From NCBI GenBank assembly GCA_965223005.1, contig CBDCVK010000006.1, forward strand, positions 96,001 to 160,000: a stretch of 64,000 bases of DNA, read 5' to 3'. This DNA is from Terriglobia bacterium. GTDB taxonomy: Bacteria > Acidobacteriota > Terriglobia > JAJPHL01 > JAPKYU01. Shown one piece after another: positions 29,574-38,455 of the stretch. The notes under the pieces were generated by a model, which was not told the DNA's origin, made no database searches, and saw only the letters and a program-made list of their open reading frames with translations. A program made the position numbers and the translations under genes. Within the stretch, counting starts at the first letter, position 1; every line of letters starts with the position of its first letter.

Positions 29574-29936
29574 CTAGATTGCCTCTAGCTTTTTTAGCAC
29601 GGCGCGCCAGGTGTCCACCGCTAGTACCGCAGCGTGTTTGCTGGCCGTCTCCAGCTTGCCCACCGCCTGCTCGACCGCAGTGGTAGTGATCTGTTCCACC
29701 TCCCCCAGAGGCCGGTCGCTGACCAGCTCTGTGAGCGCCGAGCCACAGGCCATCGCCGCCACGCAACCACGGCACTTGAACCGGATGGCCGCAATCCGCC
29801 CGTCGTGCGCTTTCACCCACAGCTTGAGGATGTCGCCGCAAACCGGGTTAGAGAACTCGACTACGGCGTCGGCATCTTCCAGTTCCCCGGCATTGCGCGG
29901 GTTGCGGAAATGTTCGAGCAGCAGTGGGTGGTGCAT
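29574..29936 (-). CDS. IscU/NifU-like Fe-S scaffold protein (third Cys absent)
   Basis: EHFRNPRNAG, NPVCGD, RGCVAAMACGS, KHAA. Confidence 0.85.
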   Translation of the reverse strand: MHHPLLLEHFRNPRNAGELEDADAVVEFSNPVCGDILKLWVKAHDGRIAAIRFKCRGCVAAMACGSALTELVSDRPLGEVEQITTTAVEQAVGKLETASKHAAVLAVDTWRAVLKKLEAI

Positions 29937-30007
29937 CCTTGGCTCTCACAGGTACAGGTCCCGCACAGGCCCTTTACAGGCACCCGGTTGCATGGCACAA
30001 TGCGCCA

Positions 30008-31174
30008 GTGCCAGCCATCCGAGAATACTGGCAGGTCCTCAAGAAAATCAATCGCCGTCGGCAGTTGGAGTCGCTATTCCTGTTTGTTACCTCGCGATGC
30101 AACTCTGTCTGCCAGACCTGTTTCTACTGGGACAATCTGAACAAGAACCAGGACCTCAGCTTCGAGCAAATCGAAGGGCTTTCACGCACCGCGCCGCTCT
30201 TCCGTAAGTTGTGGCTCTCAGGCGGTGAGCCGTTCCTGCGCCCGGAGCTAGCCGACATCATCACCATGTTCGCCCGCAACAACGGCGTCGACACCGTGAA
30301 CCTGCCTACCAACGGCCTGCTGCCGCGCAAAATTGATCAGGTGGTGGGCCGGGTGCTGGAGGACAACCCAAACCTTACCATTGACTTGAACTTTTCCCTC
30401 GACGGGTTGGCCAATACCCACGACACTCTCCGTGGCGTCCCGCGCAACTTCCAGCGCACCCTGGAGACAATGGCGCTGATGGAGCGCAACTATCGCGGCG
30501 TGCGCCGTCTTCGCCGCAACGTGGTCTCGGTCATTACGACCGACAATTACCGTGAGCTGGTGGAGCTAGGCCTGAAGCTGCTGGGCGACGGCAACGCCAG
30601 CGGGCATTACTTTGAGATCATCCGCGGCAACCCCCTCGATCCGCGCCTGAAGCACCTTCCACCGGAAGAGCTGCGCGCTCTCCACCAGAGGTTGTTTTCC
30701 ATTCACGAGCAGTACGCGGACCGGCTCTTCGACGGGCTACCGCCAGTGCCTCGCTGGTTCGCTCGGATGTACTACCTGGGCACCGTTAAGTTCCACTTTG
30801 ACGTCCACCAGCAGTGCCACTACGAGCCACACCGCTGGCCTATGCCGTGCACGGCCGGCGCCACGTCGGTGGTGATTGACCACAATGGCGAGTTCCGCGC
30901 CTGCGAGATGCGCGGGTCGCTGGGGCGGGTGCAGGAGTTCGACTGCAATCTGACTCAGGTCCTCGCCTCGCCACAGATGAAGACCGAGGTGGACGAGATC
31001 CCCCGGGCCAACTGCTGGTGCACCCATAGCTGCTTCCTCCACGACAGCATGAAATTCGCCCCACGCGTGCTGCTGTTCAGCCTGCCCTGGCGTTATCTGA
31101 AGGCGCACTTGGGGCGGCTGCCGCAAACCGACGTGCAGGAGCTGGAAAAGTTCCGCATGCCCCTCCCTACCTGA
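30008..31174 (+). CDS. Radical SAM protein with a Twitch/SPASM-like C-terminal domain
   Basis: CNSVCQTC, SGGEP, TNG, SLDG; C-terminal PCTAG...ACE...CWCTHSC; GTG start 6 nt after TGGCACAAT. Confidence 0.88.
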   Translation: MPAIREYWQVLKKINRRRQLESLFLFVTSRCNSVCQTCFYWDNLNKNQDLSFEQIEGLSRTAPLFRKLWLSGGEPFLRPELADIITMFARNNGVDTVNLPTNGLLPRKIDQVVGRVLEDNPNLTIDLNFSLDGLANTHDTLRGVPRNFQRTLETMALMERNYRGVRRLRRNVVSVITTDNYRELVELGLKLLGDGNASGHYFEIIRGNPLDPRLKHLPPEELRALHQRLFSIHEQYADRLFDGLPPVPRWFARMYYLGTVKFHFDVHQQCHYEPHRWPMPCTAGATSVVIDHNGEFRACEMRGSLGRVQEFDCNLTQVLASPQMKTEVDEIPRANCWCTHSCFLHDSMKFAPRVLLFSLPWRYLKAHLGRLPQTDVQELEKFRMPLPT

Positions 31175-31224
31175 GGCAAGTGAGCAAAAGCTCAGGGCAG
31201 GCCCGCGGCCTCCGCTGAATCCGC

Positions 31225-31617
31225 GTGAGCACAGTCACAGCAGCTCTGATTATGCGCGGCGAAGAGTTCCTGATCTGTCGGCGTCGCGCCGACCAATTCC
31301 TGCCGCTGAAGTGGGAGTTTGCCGGCGGGAAGACTGAGGACGGCGAGGAGCCGGCCGCCGGGCTGCGCCGCGAGCTGCGCGAAGAGCTGGCCTTGGACGC
31401 CGACATCGGTCCTGAGATCTGCCGCTTTTCCTATGAGTATCCCGGTCGCAGCCCCATCCTGCTGGTCTTCTTCCAGGTGAGGGAATTTCGCGGTGAGCCG
31501 CAAAACCGCCAGTTTGCGGAAATCCGCTGGGTGCCCCGAAACGAGCTTCCTGAATTTGACTTTCTCCCCGCCGACCGCGAACTCGTGGAGCAGATCGCCC
31601 GCGGTGGCTTGATGTAA
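31225..31617 (+). CDS. NUDIX hydrolase (MutT/NudG-like)
   Basis: WEFAGGKTEDGE...RRELREEL Nudix box. Confidence 0.9.
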   Translation: MSTVTAALIMRGEEFLICRRRADQFLPLKWEFAGGKTEDGEEPAAGLRRELREELALDADIGPEICRFSYEYPGRSPILLVFFQVREFRGEPQNRQFAEIRWVPRNELPEFDFLPADRELVEQIARGGLM

Positions 31618-31652
31618 CGACAGGCCTCCGGGTCACCTTCGAAGAATAAAAA

Positions 31653-31730
31653 GGAACCCTGAGCCTGCTCCGGTGTCTATCAACTCGAAGGGCAAAACAC
31701 TGTTTCGCTGTTTCGTAGCCACGAAACAGC
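31653..31730 (+). promoter_or_regulatory. Candidate ECF-sigma promoter and leader hairpin upstream of tonB
   Basis: GGAAC (31653)-17 nt-GTCTA (31675); perfect 10-bp stem GCTGTTTCGT-agcc-ACGAAACAGC (31707-31730) next to the SD. Confidence 0.45.
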
Positions 31731-31741
31731 CCGGAGAAATT

Positions 31742-32479
31742 ATGTTTGAGCTCACTTTGCTAGAGGCTTCGGTGGAAGGCAAGCAACGCGGGGCATGGGC
31801 GTGGGGACTGTCTGTCCTCCTGCAGGTTGTGCTGGTAAGCGCGTTGACTCTGGGGCCCCTGCTGTACCCCGAGGTGCTACCCAGGCGGCTGCTTGTATCG
31901 CTCCTGGCAGCGCCTGCTGGTCCTCCCCCGGCGCCCGCCAAGCCTCCGAGTGACGCAGCACCCAAGAAACGCGTGCAATTTGAGTTTGAGCAAGGAGAGT
32001 TGCTTGCCCCCGTTCGCATTCCCGAAACGGTCACAATCATTACGGATGAAGCACCGCATTCGCCCCCTGTCCTGGTAACTTCGGCTGTTGGCGTTGATGG
32101 CGGGATAGGCAGTGGAATCGGTTCCATCTTGGGAATCTCACCGCCAACCTCCCCACCGCCATCCCCTTCTGTCAGACCCAGGGGAGTTCCACCAATCCAA
32201 GTGGGGGGAATCGTGCAGCAGGCGAAGCTCCTCAGCCAGCAGAAACCGCGCTATCTGCCATTGGCAAGGCAGGCTCGTATCTCGGAAATCGTCCGACTGG
32301 CAGCAACTATCAGCAAATCCGGCACGATTGAGCAGTTGCGGGTAATTTCCGGTCATCCGCTGTTGGTGAAGGCTGCACTGGAGGCAGTGAAGAGGTGGCG
32401 CTACAGGCCGACCATTCTGAACGGCCAACCTGTGAGGGTGGAAACAACTGTTGATGTGATTTTTACGCTTTCTCGATAA
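31742..32479 (+). CDS. Energy transducer TonB
   Basis: N-terminal TM, Pro-rich linker, C-terminal P.Y.PLARQARI...SGHPLLVKAALEAVKRWRYRPT.LNGQPV. Confidence 0.85.
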   Translation: MFELTLLEASVEGKQRGAWAWGLSVLLQVVLVSALTLGPLLYPEVLPRRLLVSLLAAPAGPPPAPAKPPSDAAPKKRVQFEFEQGELLAPVRIPETVTIITDEAPHSPPVLVTSAVGVDGGIGSGIGSILGISPPTSPPPSPSVRPRGVPPIQVGGIVQQAKLLSQQKPRYLPLARQARISEIVRLAATISKSGTIEQLRVISGHPLLVKAALEAVKRWRYRPTILNGQPVRVETTVDVIFTLSR

Positions 32480-32688
32480 GGGTAGCCGTCCAGCAGCGGG
32501 TAGTTCATCTCCCAGCAACCAGTTTCCAGCCTAACGTTCTGTGCCAAGGCAAGAGAACGTTACGGTGTCGCCAGGTCCTCTTCCCGATAACTTCCAGCCT
32601 GGATCGAGGCATGACAAATCTTCGACCTGCCCATCTTCACCAAATGGTAGAATCCTAACCGGGGACTCCAACAGCCTGGAAGCATGAC

Positions 32689-33534
32689 ATGCGAATTGAC
32701 CCGCAGAAATGTGTGGCTTGCGGCAACTGCATAGCCGTGTGTCCGATGGGGGCGATTTACGTTGACCCACAGGTTGGCCGCGCCACCATTAACCGCGACG
32801 AATGCGTCGAATGCCACGCCTGCTTCCGCGGGATGAGCCAGGAGCACCTCAACCCGGTCTTCGTGCGCACCATCCGCAGGGTGCTGGCCGTATTTCGCCT
32901 TCGCTTCGAACCGGAGCCGGACGTTTGTCCCACTGCCGCATTTGTCCCTGAGGAGCTCGCCTGGCCGCGCATCGTGCGCCGCGCCTTCAGCGACCCGCAG
33001 GTGCCCCACGAGAGCACCGGCGTGCACGGGCGCGGCACTGAGGAAGTGAAGACCAACGATATCACCGGGCGTGTTCAAATGGGTGAGGCAGGGTTCACGG
33101 TGGAGTTCGGCCGACCCGGGGTCGGGGTGCGCTTCCGTCAGATCCAGCAGATGACAGAGGCGCTGGCCGCCCTGGGTGTCCAGTTCGAGCAGCGCAATCC
33201 GGTAACGTCGCTGATGAGCGACCCGGGCAAGGGGCTAATTCGCAGTGACATCCTGGAAGAAAAAATCCTTTCGGCCATCGTCGAAATGAAATGCGCAATC
33301 GGGCAGGTGCCCCAGGTGCTGGACACGATTGCCAAAGTGGCGCGGCAGCTGGAGACCATCGTGGCAGTGGGCGTCGCCACTCGCTGCGACGCGGAAGGCG
33401 AAGACCGGCATCTGGCGCCGCTACTGGCCGAGAAAGGGTATGTCTTCCACCGCGGCAAGACCAACCTCGGGTTGGGGCGCGCCGCCGAACCAGTCGCGGC
33501 CTCCGAGGCCCCAGCGGCCGAGGCAAGAATGTGA
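32689..33534 (+). CDS. 2x[4Fe-4S] ferredoxin-domain protein with an uncharacterised C-terminal domain
   Basis: CVACGNCIAVCP and CVECHAC...(insert)...CP; GRGTEEVKTND, GRPGVG; extended -10 TGGTAGAAT upstream. Confidence 0.8.
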   Translation: MRIDPQKCVACGNCIAVCPMGAIYVDPQVGRATINRDECVECHACFRGMSQEHLNPVFVRTIRRVLAVFRLRFEPEPDVCPTAAFVPEELAWPRIVRRAFSDPQVPHESTGVHGRGTEEVKTNDITGRVQMGEAGFTVEFGRPGVGVRFRQIQQMTEALAALGVQFEQRNPVTSLMSDPGKGLIRSDILEEKILSAIVEMKCAIGQVPQVLDTIAKVARQLETIVAVGVATRCDAEGEDRHLAPLLAEKGYVFHRGKTNLGLGRAAEPVAASEAPAAEARM

Positions 33535-34027
33535 GCGGCACCTAGTTCTAAAGCACACGTCCCTTCAGGAAAAAGGAGGGAGCTTATGGCTCGAATAGCT
33601 CGCGAAGTCGTCGCGAAAACGGGTGTGAACGTCAACAAGCTGCTGAACATGTTGGTCCGCAACGCCTCGGCGGAACTGACCACCTACTACTATTACACGA
33701 TCCTGCGTACGAACTTGATCGGCCTGGATGGGGAAGGGCTAAAGGAAATCGTCGAGGACGCCCGCATCGAAGACCGGAATCACTTCGAAGCGCTAGTCCC
33801 TCGCGTCTACGAATCGGGTGGCAAGCTGCCGAGGAACATGAACGATTTCCACGACATCTCGGCCTGCCCGCCCGCCTACCTGCCCAATAAGCCGACGGAC
33901 ATTAAAGCCATGCTCGACGTATTAGCAATTTCCGTTTTAAAACTCCAAAGCTAACCTTATACTGACCTCCGACGCCAATATTTATGCCGGTTCCAGCGTC
34001 AATACAGCTTCCGGAGGTAGAAACCGA

Positions 34028-35327
34028 GTGGGTGAGAGGCAAAATCAGCCCTTTCAGTTCTCTTTCAATGCTGCATTGAAGGTCGATTTCCAGAGGTCGC
34101 GGGTTACTTCCGACGGCGGCCTGATCTTCGTGCGCGAATTAGACGAACATTTGGGATTCGGGGAACTCATCAAACAGCACTTGGCGATCCTCGAGGAAAG
34201 AACACACGGTTGCCCTTTGCTGACCTCCTGCGCCAGTCCGTGTACAGCCGGTTGGCGGGTTACGAAGATATGAATGACGCGGAACGGCTCTCTCAAGATC
34301 CGACGTTCCGGCTGATCGGTTCAGAAAAGAGGAGCGAGGAGCCGCGTTGACTTCCCGGCTGCAATCGTTCGAGACAGAACTACTGACGCAAGATGAGAAC
34401 CTGGCTGGTTTGGCAGCGATCAACCGGGATTTAATCGCCAGGGCGGAAGCTATGGATTCCCCGCAACGGGTGGTGCTGGACATGGACTCGACCGAGATTC
34501 CGGTCTACGGCCAGCAGGAGCAGAGTGCCTACAACGGGCATTTCGAGTCGAGCTGCTATCACCCGTTGTTGCTGTTCAATCGCGAGGGTGACTGTCTGGC
34601 GGCCAAGCTGCGACCGGGCAACGTGCACAGCGCCGAGGACTGGGAAGAACTTCTCCTGCCGGAGATCGAGCGGCAGCAGAAGCTGGGCAAGGAAGTGGTG
34701 TTTCGTGCCGACGCGGCCTTTGCCAAGCCGGAGATTTACGAGGCACTGGAGGAGCGGGAGGTAAAGTACGCCATCCGCATCCCGGCTAACGACAGCCTAC
34801 AGCGGGACATTGAGGAGTTGCTGACTCGGCCGGTGGGGAGACCCAGAAGGCCCAAGGGCTTTCTATACCAAGCGGCCAGTTGGAAGACAGCACGCAGGGT
34901 GGTGGCCAAGGTGGAGCATCATCCAGGGGAGCTGGCTAGGATTCATCGTGACGAACTTGACTCTGCCAAGTCGGGCGGTGGTGCGTTTTTACAACAAGCG
35001 GGGCACTGCCGAACAGTGGATCAAGGAAGGCAAGCAGGCGGTGAAGATGACGCGGCTGAGCTGCCACCGGTTCCGGTCTAACCAGGTGCGGCTTTGGCTC
35101 AGTGTGATCGCCTATAATCTGGGAAACCTGTGGCGACGTTTGGCACTGCCGCAGAGGATCAAGAGTTGGTCGCTAACCAGTTTGCAGCAGCGCTTGGTCA
35201 AGACCGGCGACGGCTGGTGAAACATGCGCGCTATTACTGGCTGCTATTGGCCGAGGGGCACCTCACACGGCAGCGTTTTGGCAGCATGCTGAGGATGATC
35301 GCGGCGCTGCCGCTGCCAGATGGCTAG
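34028..35327 (+). pseudogene. IS1380 DDE transposase with multiple frameshifts
   Basis: Fragments VTSDGGL, GYEDMNDA, LDMDST, YNGHF..CYHPL, RADAAF, YNKRGTAEQWIKEGK, LSCHRF spread over several frames. Confidence 0.88.
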
Positions 35328-35486
35328 CGAACCGGGAGAGAGGGTAATTTCAGGTGCTCAGAAGTGGTCGGGCCGGATAAGTGTCAGCGGCGAGGCAGGC
35401 TGGGCAGGCGAAACCCGCACAGCGACTCCGAAGAACAGCCAAAATGTGCCGCACTACCACCTCAAAGAGGCCAGAGCTGTTTGCGG

Positions 35487-35515
35487 TTGACACGACAGGG
35501 TACGAGGCATAGGTT
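35487..35515 (+). promoter_or_regulatory. Outward-facing sigma70 promoter in the IS right end
   Basis: TTGACA (35487-35492)-17 nt-TAGGTT (35510-35515). Confidence 0.55.
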
Positions 35516-35837
35516 TTCGGGTGAAGGGGAAGCTCAAAATGGAAATTCCGGATTAGTGAAGGCCGAGCGCTGCGCGGTGGCTGGCTATACACAAGTCTGC
35601 AACCTAACCGCCGGCAAAGACCATCGCACCTATGACCTTTCGCTCGCCATCCTTCACGAAGAGATTGAGCACGAGGCCTGGTTCGCGGAGTATTTGGGCG
35701 AGGGGCCGGCGGGTCACTTCCGCAGGCAGGGAACAGGGTTCGAACGCAACTCTCCCTACGTGGGAAAGTTCCTCCACCAGTGAGCGGGTACCACCGTGGA
35801 GGGCGCCAGGCTGACATAGGAGGGCTGGAGTAAACGT

Positions 35838-36515
35838 GTGACGAACACGCTGCACCGCTACGGCGAAGCAGAAACGTTTCGGGACGACTACATCGTCTTC
35901 GCCATCCCCAGCCGCGGCCGCAATGATCAGGGCTCTGCCGAGAAGCTCCGCACTTTTCTTCGCATGGCAGTCAAATACGGCCCGGTGAACATGGGCAACG
36001 CTCGGTACGGCTCCCTGTTCGAACCTGCCACCGACTTAAAACCCACCGTGCACTGGCGCCGCAAGACCGCGAAAGATTTCGACAAGGTGATTTATCAGGT
36101 GGATGGACCCACGACGGTGGCCGTCGTCTTCGATAATCTAGAGGCAGCAGAAAAGTTCGTGGGCGAGGTGAAGCAGGCCGACCTGGGCATTTCAGTGAAC
36201 GTCAGCACCTCGGTGGAGGGCGCGCAGGTCTGCTGCTGCGCCGGCGGCTTGACTCGTCACAGCGTGGAATACTCGCTCGGCTTCCAAGGACAGCTCGACC
36301 GGCTCCCCAACCGGCACGTGTTGGAGCTCTCGACCATGTGCGGCCACGGCATGGTTTCGTTCAACCTGGCAAAAAAGATGATTGACTGGGTGCGGGAAGG
36401 CCGGCGGACGTCGGTACAGGCGTGCGAGTACATGGCGCGTTTCTGCTCGTGCGGCATCTTCAACCCAAGCCGAGCGCGACGCATCCTGGAAGACGCACGG
36501 TCGAAAATCAGCTGA
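35838..36515 (+). CDS. Conserved hypothetical Cys/His-rich protein (putative metal/Fe-S binding)
   Basis: MTNTLHRYG N-terminus, CCC, HSVE, MCGHG, CSCGIFNP; GGAG SD. Confidence 0.75.
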   Translation: MTNTLHRYGEAETFRDDYIVFAIPSRGRNDQGSAEKLRTFLRMAVKYGPVNMGNARYGSLFEPATDLKPTVHWRRKTAKDFDKVIYQVDGPTTVAVVFDNLEAAEKFVGEVKQADLGISVNVSTSVEGAQVCCCAGGLTRHSVEYSLGFQGQLDRLPNRHVLELSTMCGHGMVSFNLAKKMIDWVREGRRTSVQACEYMARFCSCGIFNPSRARRILEDARSKIS

Positions 36516-36578
36516 TTTGGCGGGGACGGAGTAATGGAAAAGTTCCAAGCGGGTCTTGGGGGTAGCATAGTAGCAGGT

Positions 36579-36599
36579 GGGAGGAAGGCCTCCCTTCTT
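36579..36599 (+). terminator. Candidate intrinsic terminator
   Basis: GGGAGG-aagg-CCTCCC followed by TTCTT. Confidence 0.45.
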
Positions 36600-36656
36600 G
36601 CATGGTTGACTGGGGAAAGCCAACCGTGCCATATTTTGGAATTCTAAAGGGAACTT

Positions 36657-37277
36657 ATGGTCCGCATTCTTCCAAAGGAAGAGAAGTTCTTTGACCTGTT
36701 CGGGAAGCAGGCGGGTGTGCTCCACGAGGCCGCCCAGGTGCTGCTGAAGATGATGGAAGGGGCCGACCACGACCTTCGCGATCTGGCCGATGAGATCAAA
36801 AAGCTGGAGCACCGTGGGGACACGATGACCCACGACATCATCCGCCGGCTCAACCAGACCTTTATCACCCCGTTTGACCGCGAGGATATCCACGCCTTGT
36901 CGTCCCGCTTGGACGACGTGCTAGACCTGATTGACGCCGTTTCCACTCGCATGGTATTATTCAAGATTAACGACGTCCGCCCGGCCGGCATTGAACTGGC
37001 TCGCATTGTGAAGCGCGCCACGGGGGAATTGCTGGAGGCCGTGCCTCACATCTTGGATAAGGGCGAAAAAATCCTCGATCATTGCCAGGAGGTCAGCCGG
37101 CTGGAGCACGAGGCTGATACGGTTTCCCGCGCTGCCATTGCCCAACTGTTTGAGGACGAGCGTGACCCCATCACGCTGATCAAGTGGAAGGAAATCTACG
37201 AAGTGCTGGAAGCAGCCGTAGATAAGGCCGAGGATGTGTCTGACGTTTTGGAAACGATTGTCCTGAAGAGCAGTTGA
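36657..37277 (+). CDS. DUF47 / PhoU-like Pit accessory protein
   Basis: LEHRGD, TFITPFDREDI, LEHEAD, IKWKEIYE; TTGACT-17-CATATT upstream. Confidence 0.9.
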   Translation: MVRILPKEEKFFDLFGKQAGVLHEAAQVLLKMMEGADHDLRDLADEIKKLEHRGDTMTHDIIRRLNQTFITPFDREDIHALSSRLDDVLDLIDAVSTRMVLFKINDVRPAGIELARIVKRATGELLEAVPHILDKGEKILDHCQEVSRLEHEADTVSRAAIAQLFEDERDPITLIKWKEIYEVLEAAVDKAEDVSDVLETIVLKSS

Positions 37278-37428
37278 ACCTGCGATTGTCGCCACGATGA
37301 GCCAGCGGCAGGTGCGGGCCGGCACAACCACCCGGTTCAGGTTGCGGTTTAGTTTTCTCAGGGGCTGCCAAGCCTCTGCCCGTCTGTTGTCTCCTACTGT
37401 CCTTTCCCAGATTGCCCATGGATGACCT

Positions 37429-38418
37429 ATGGATGAGTGGATCCGCCTTTCGCCCTGGCTGCTGCTGATCCTGGCGGCTGAGTTTGTCAACGGCTGGACC
37501 GACTCACCCAATGCCATCGCCACGGTGGTGACCACCCGCGTCCTGTCCCCCCTACGGGCAGTCATCATGGCCGCTGTCATGAACCTGTTGGGAGCCATGT
37601 GGGGAACCGCCGTGGCCTTCACCATCGGGAAGGGCATCGTGGATGCGGGCGTCATCAACATCCACACCGTAGGCGCGGCGATGATCGGCATTGTGGTGTG
37701 GAGCACGGTGGCGTGGAAATATGGCCTGCCGACCAGCGAAACGCACGCGTTGGTGTCCGGACTGGCTGGCGCCGCGCTGGCTACTGCCGGCTGGGAGGCT
37801 CTCCTGAGTGAGGGCTGGATCAAGGTCGGCCAGGGGATTGTTTTTTCCACCTTCCTGGGATTCGGCGGCGGGTTCTCGATCATGCTGGCGATCGCCTGGC
37901 TGTTTCGGAGGGCACGCCCCGACAAGATCACCCGCTATTTTGGACGCCTGCAGATGTTTTCGGCCGCGCTGATGGCGTTCGGCCACGGCAGCAACGACGG
38001 CCAGAAGTTTATCGGAACGTTTTCGTTGGCGCTGGTCCTGGGCGGCATCTTGCCGGAATTCGAAGTGAAGTTCTGGGTGATTCTGCTGTGCGCATCCACA
38101 ATGGGGGTGGGCACCGCGGTAGGCGGCTGGCGCATTATCCACACCATGGGGAGCCGCATGACCCGCTTGAAGCCGGTGCAGGGCTTTGCCGCTGAAACAG
38201 GGGCCGGCCTATGCATCATGCTGGCAACTGTCCTGGCCATCCCACTCAGCACCACTCACACCATCAACACCTCGATTATGGGGGTCGGCTCCCTCCACCG
38301 CTGGACGGCGGTGCGGTGGAGGGTGGCCCGCGAAGTCGTTACGGCGTGGATTCTGACTTTTCCTGCGGCCGCGGGGATCGCCTATGGGGCTGCCCGCGTG
38401 ATCCAATGGCTCACGTAG
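37429..38418 (+). CDS. pit: Inorganic phosphate transporter (PiT family)
   Basis: NGWTDSPNAIAT, GLPTSETHA, HGSNDGQK, PLSTTH. Confidence 0.92.
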   Translation: MDEWIRLSPWLLLILAAEFVNGWTDSPNAIATVVTTRVLSPLRAVIMAAVMNLLGAMWGTAVAFTIGKGIVDAGVINIHTVGAAMIGIVVWSTVAWKYGLPTSETHALVSGLAGAALATAGWEALLSEGWIKVGQGIVFSTFLGFGGGFSIMLAIAWLFRRARPDKITRYFGRLQMFSAALMAFGHGSNDGQKFIGTFSLALVLGGILPEFEVKFWVILLCASTMGVGTAVGGWRIIHTMGSRMTRLKPVQGFAAETGAGLCIMLATVLAIPLSTTHTINTSIMGVGSLHRWTAVRWRVAREVVTAWILTFPAAAGIAYGAARVIQWLT

Positions 38419-38455
38419 GCGAGAGCTGAGGGAAGCACACGCGTTTCGTACCTGA

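Larger units (their letters stand above)
33926..35551 (+). mobile_element. IS1380-family element (1626 bp), degenerate
   Basis: 5-bp target duplication ATTAG (33921-33925, 35552-35556); imperfect TIRs CAATTTCCGTTTT / AAAATGGAAATTCCGG. Confidence 0.9.
33586..35783 (+). pseudogene. DPS-like (DPSL) ferritin-superfamily protein interrupted by IS1380
   Basis: 5' half 33586-33925 (AELTTYYYY, IEDRNHFE, ISACPP) plus 3' half 35557-35783 (AERCAV, EEIEHE, GHF). Removing the IS and one ATTAG gives a 567-bp intact frame (188 aa). Confidence 0.9.

Noticed and set aside
31685-31740. c-di-GMP-I riboswitch (GGCAAA motif)
   Set aside because: Lacks the GNRA tetraloop/receptor and second-stem consensus
33926-35551. 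Group I/II intron or IStron explaining the intact DPSL halves
   Set aside because: The insert is almost entirely transposase with TIRs and a TSD; no ribozyme core was recognisable
35364-35555. 139-aa ORF 35364-35783 as an independent gene
   Set aside because: Its 5' part is non-coding IS end; only 35556-35783 is DPSL sequence
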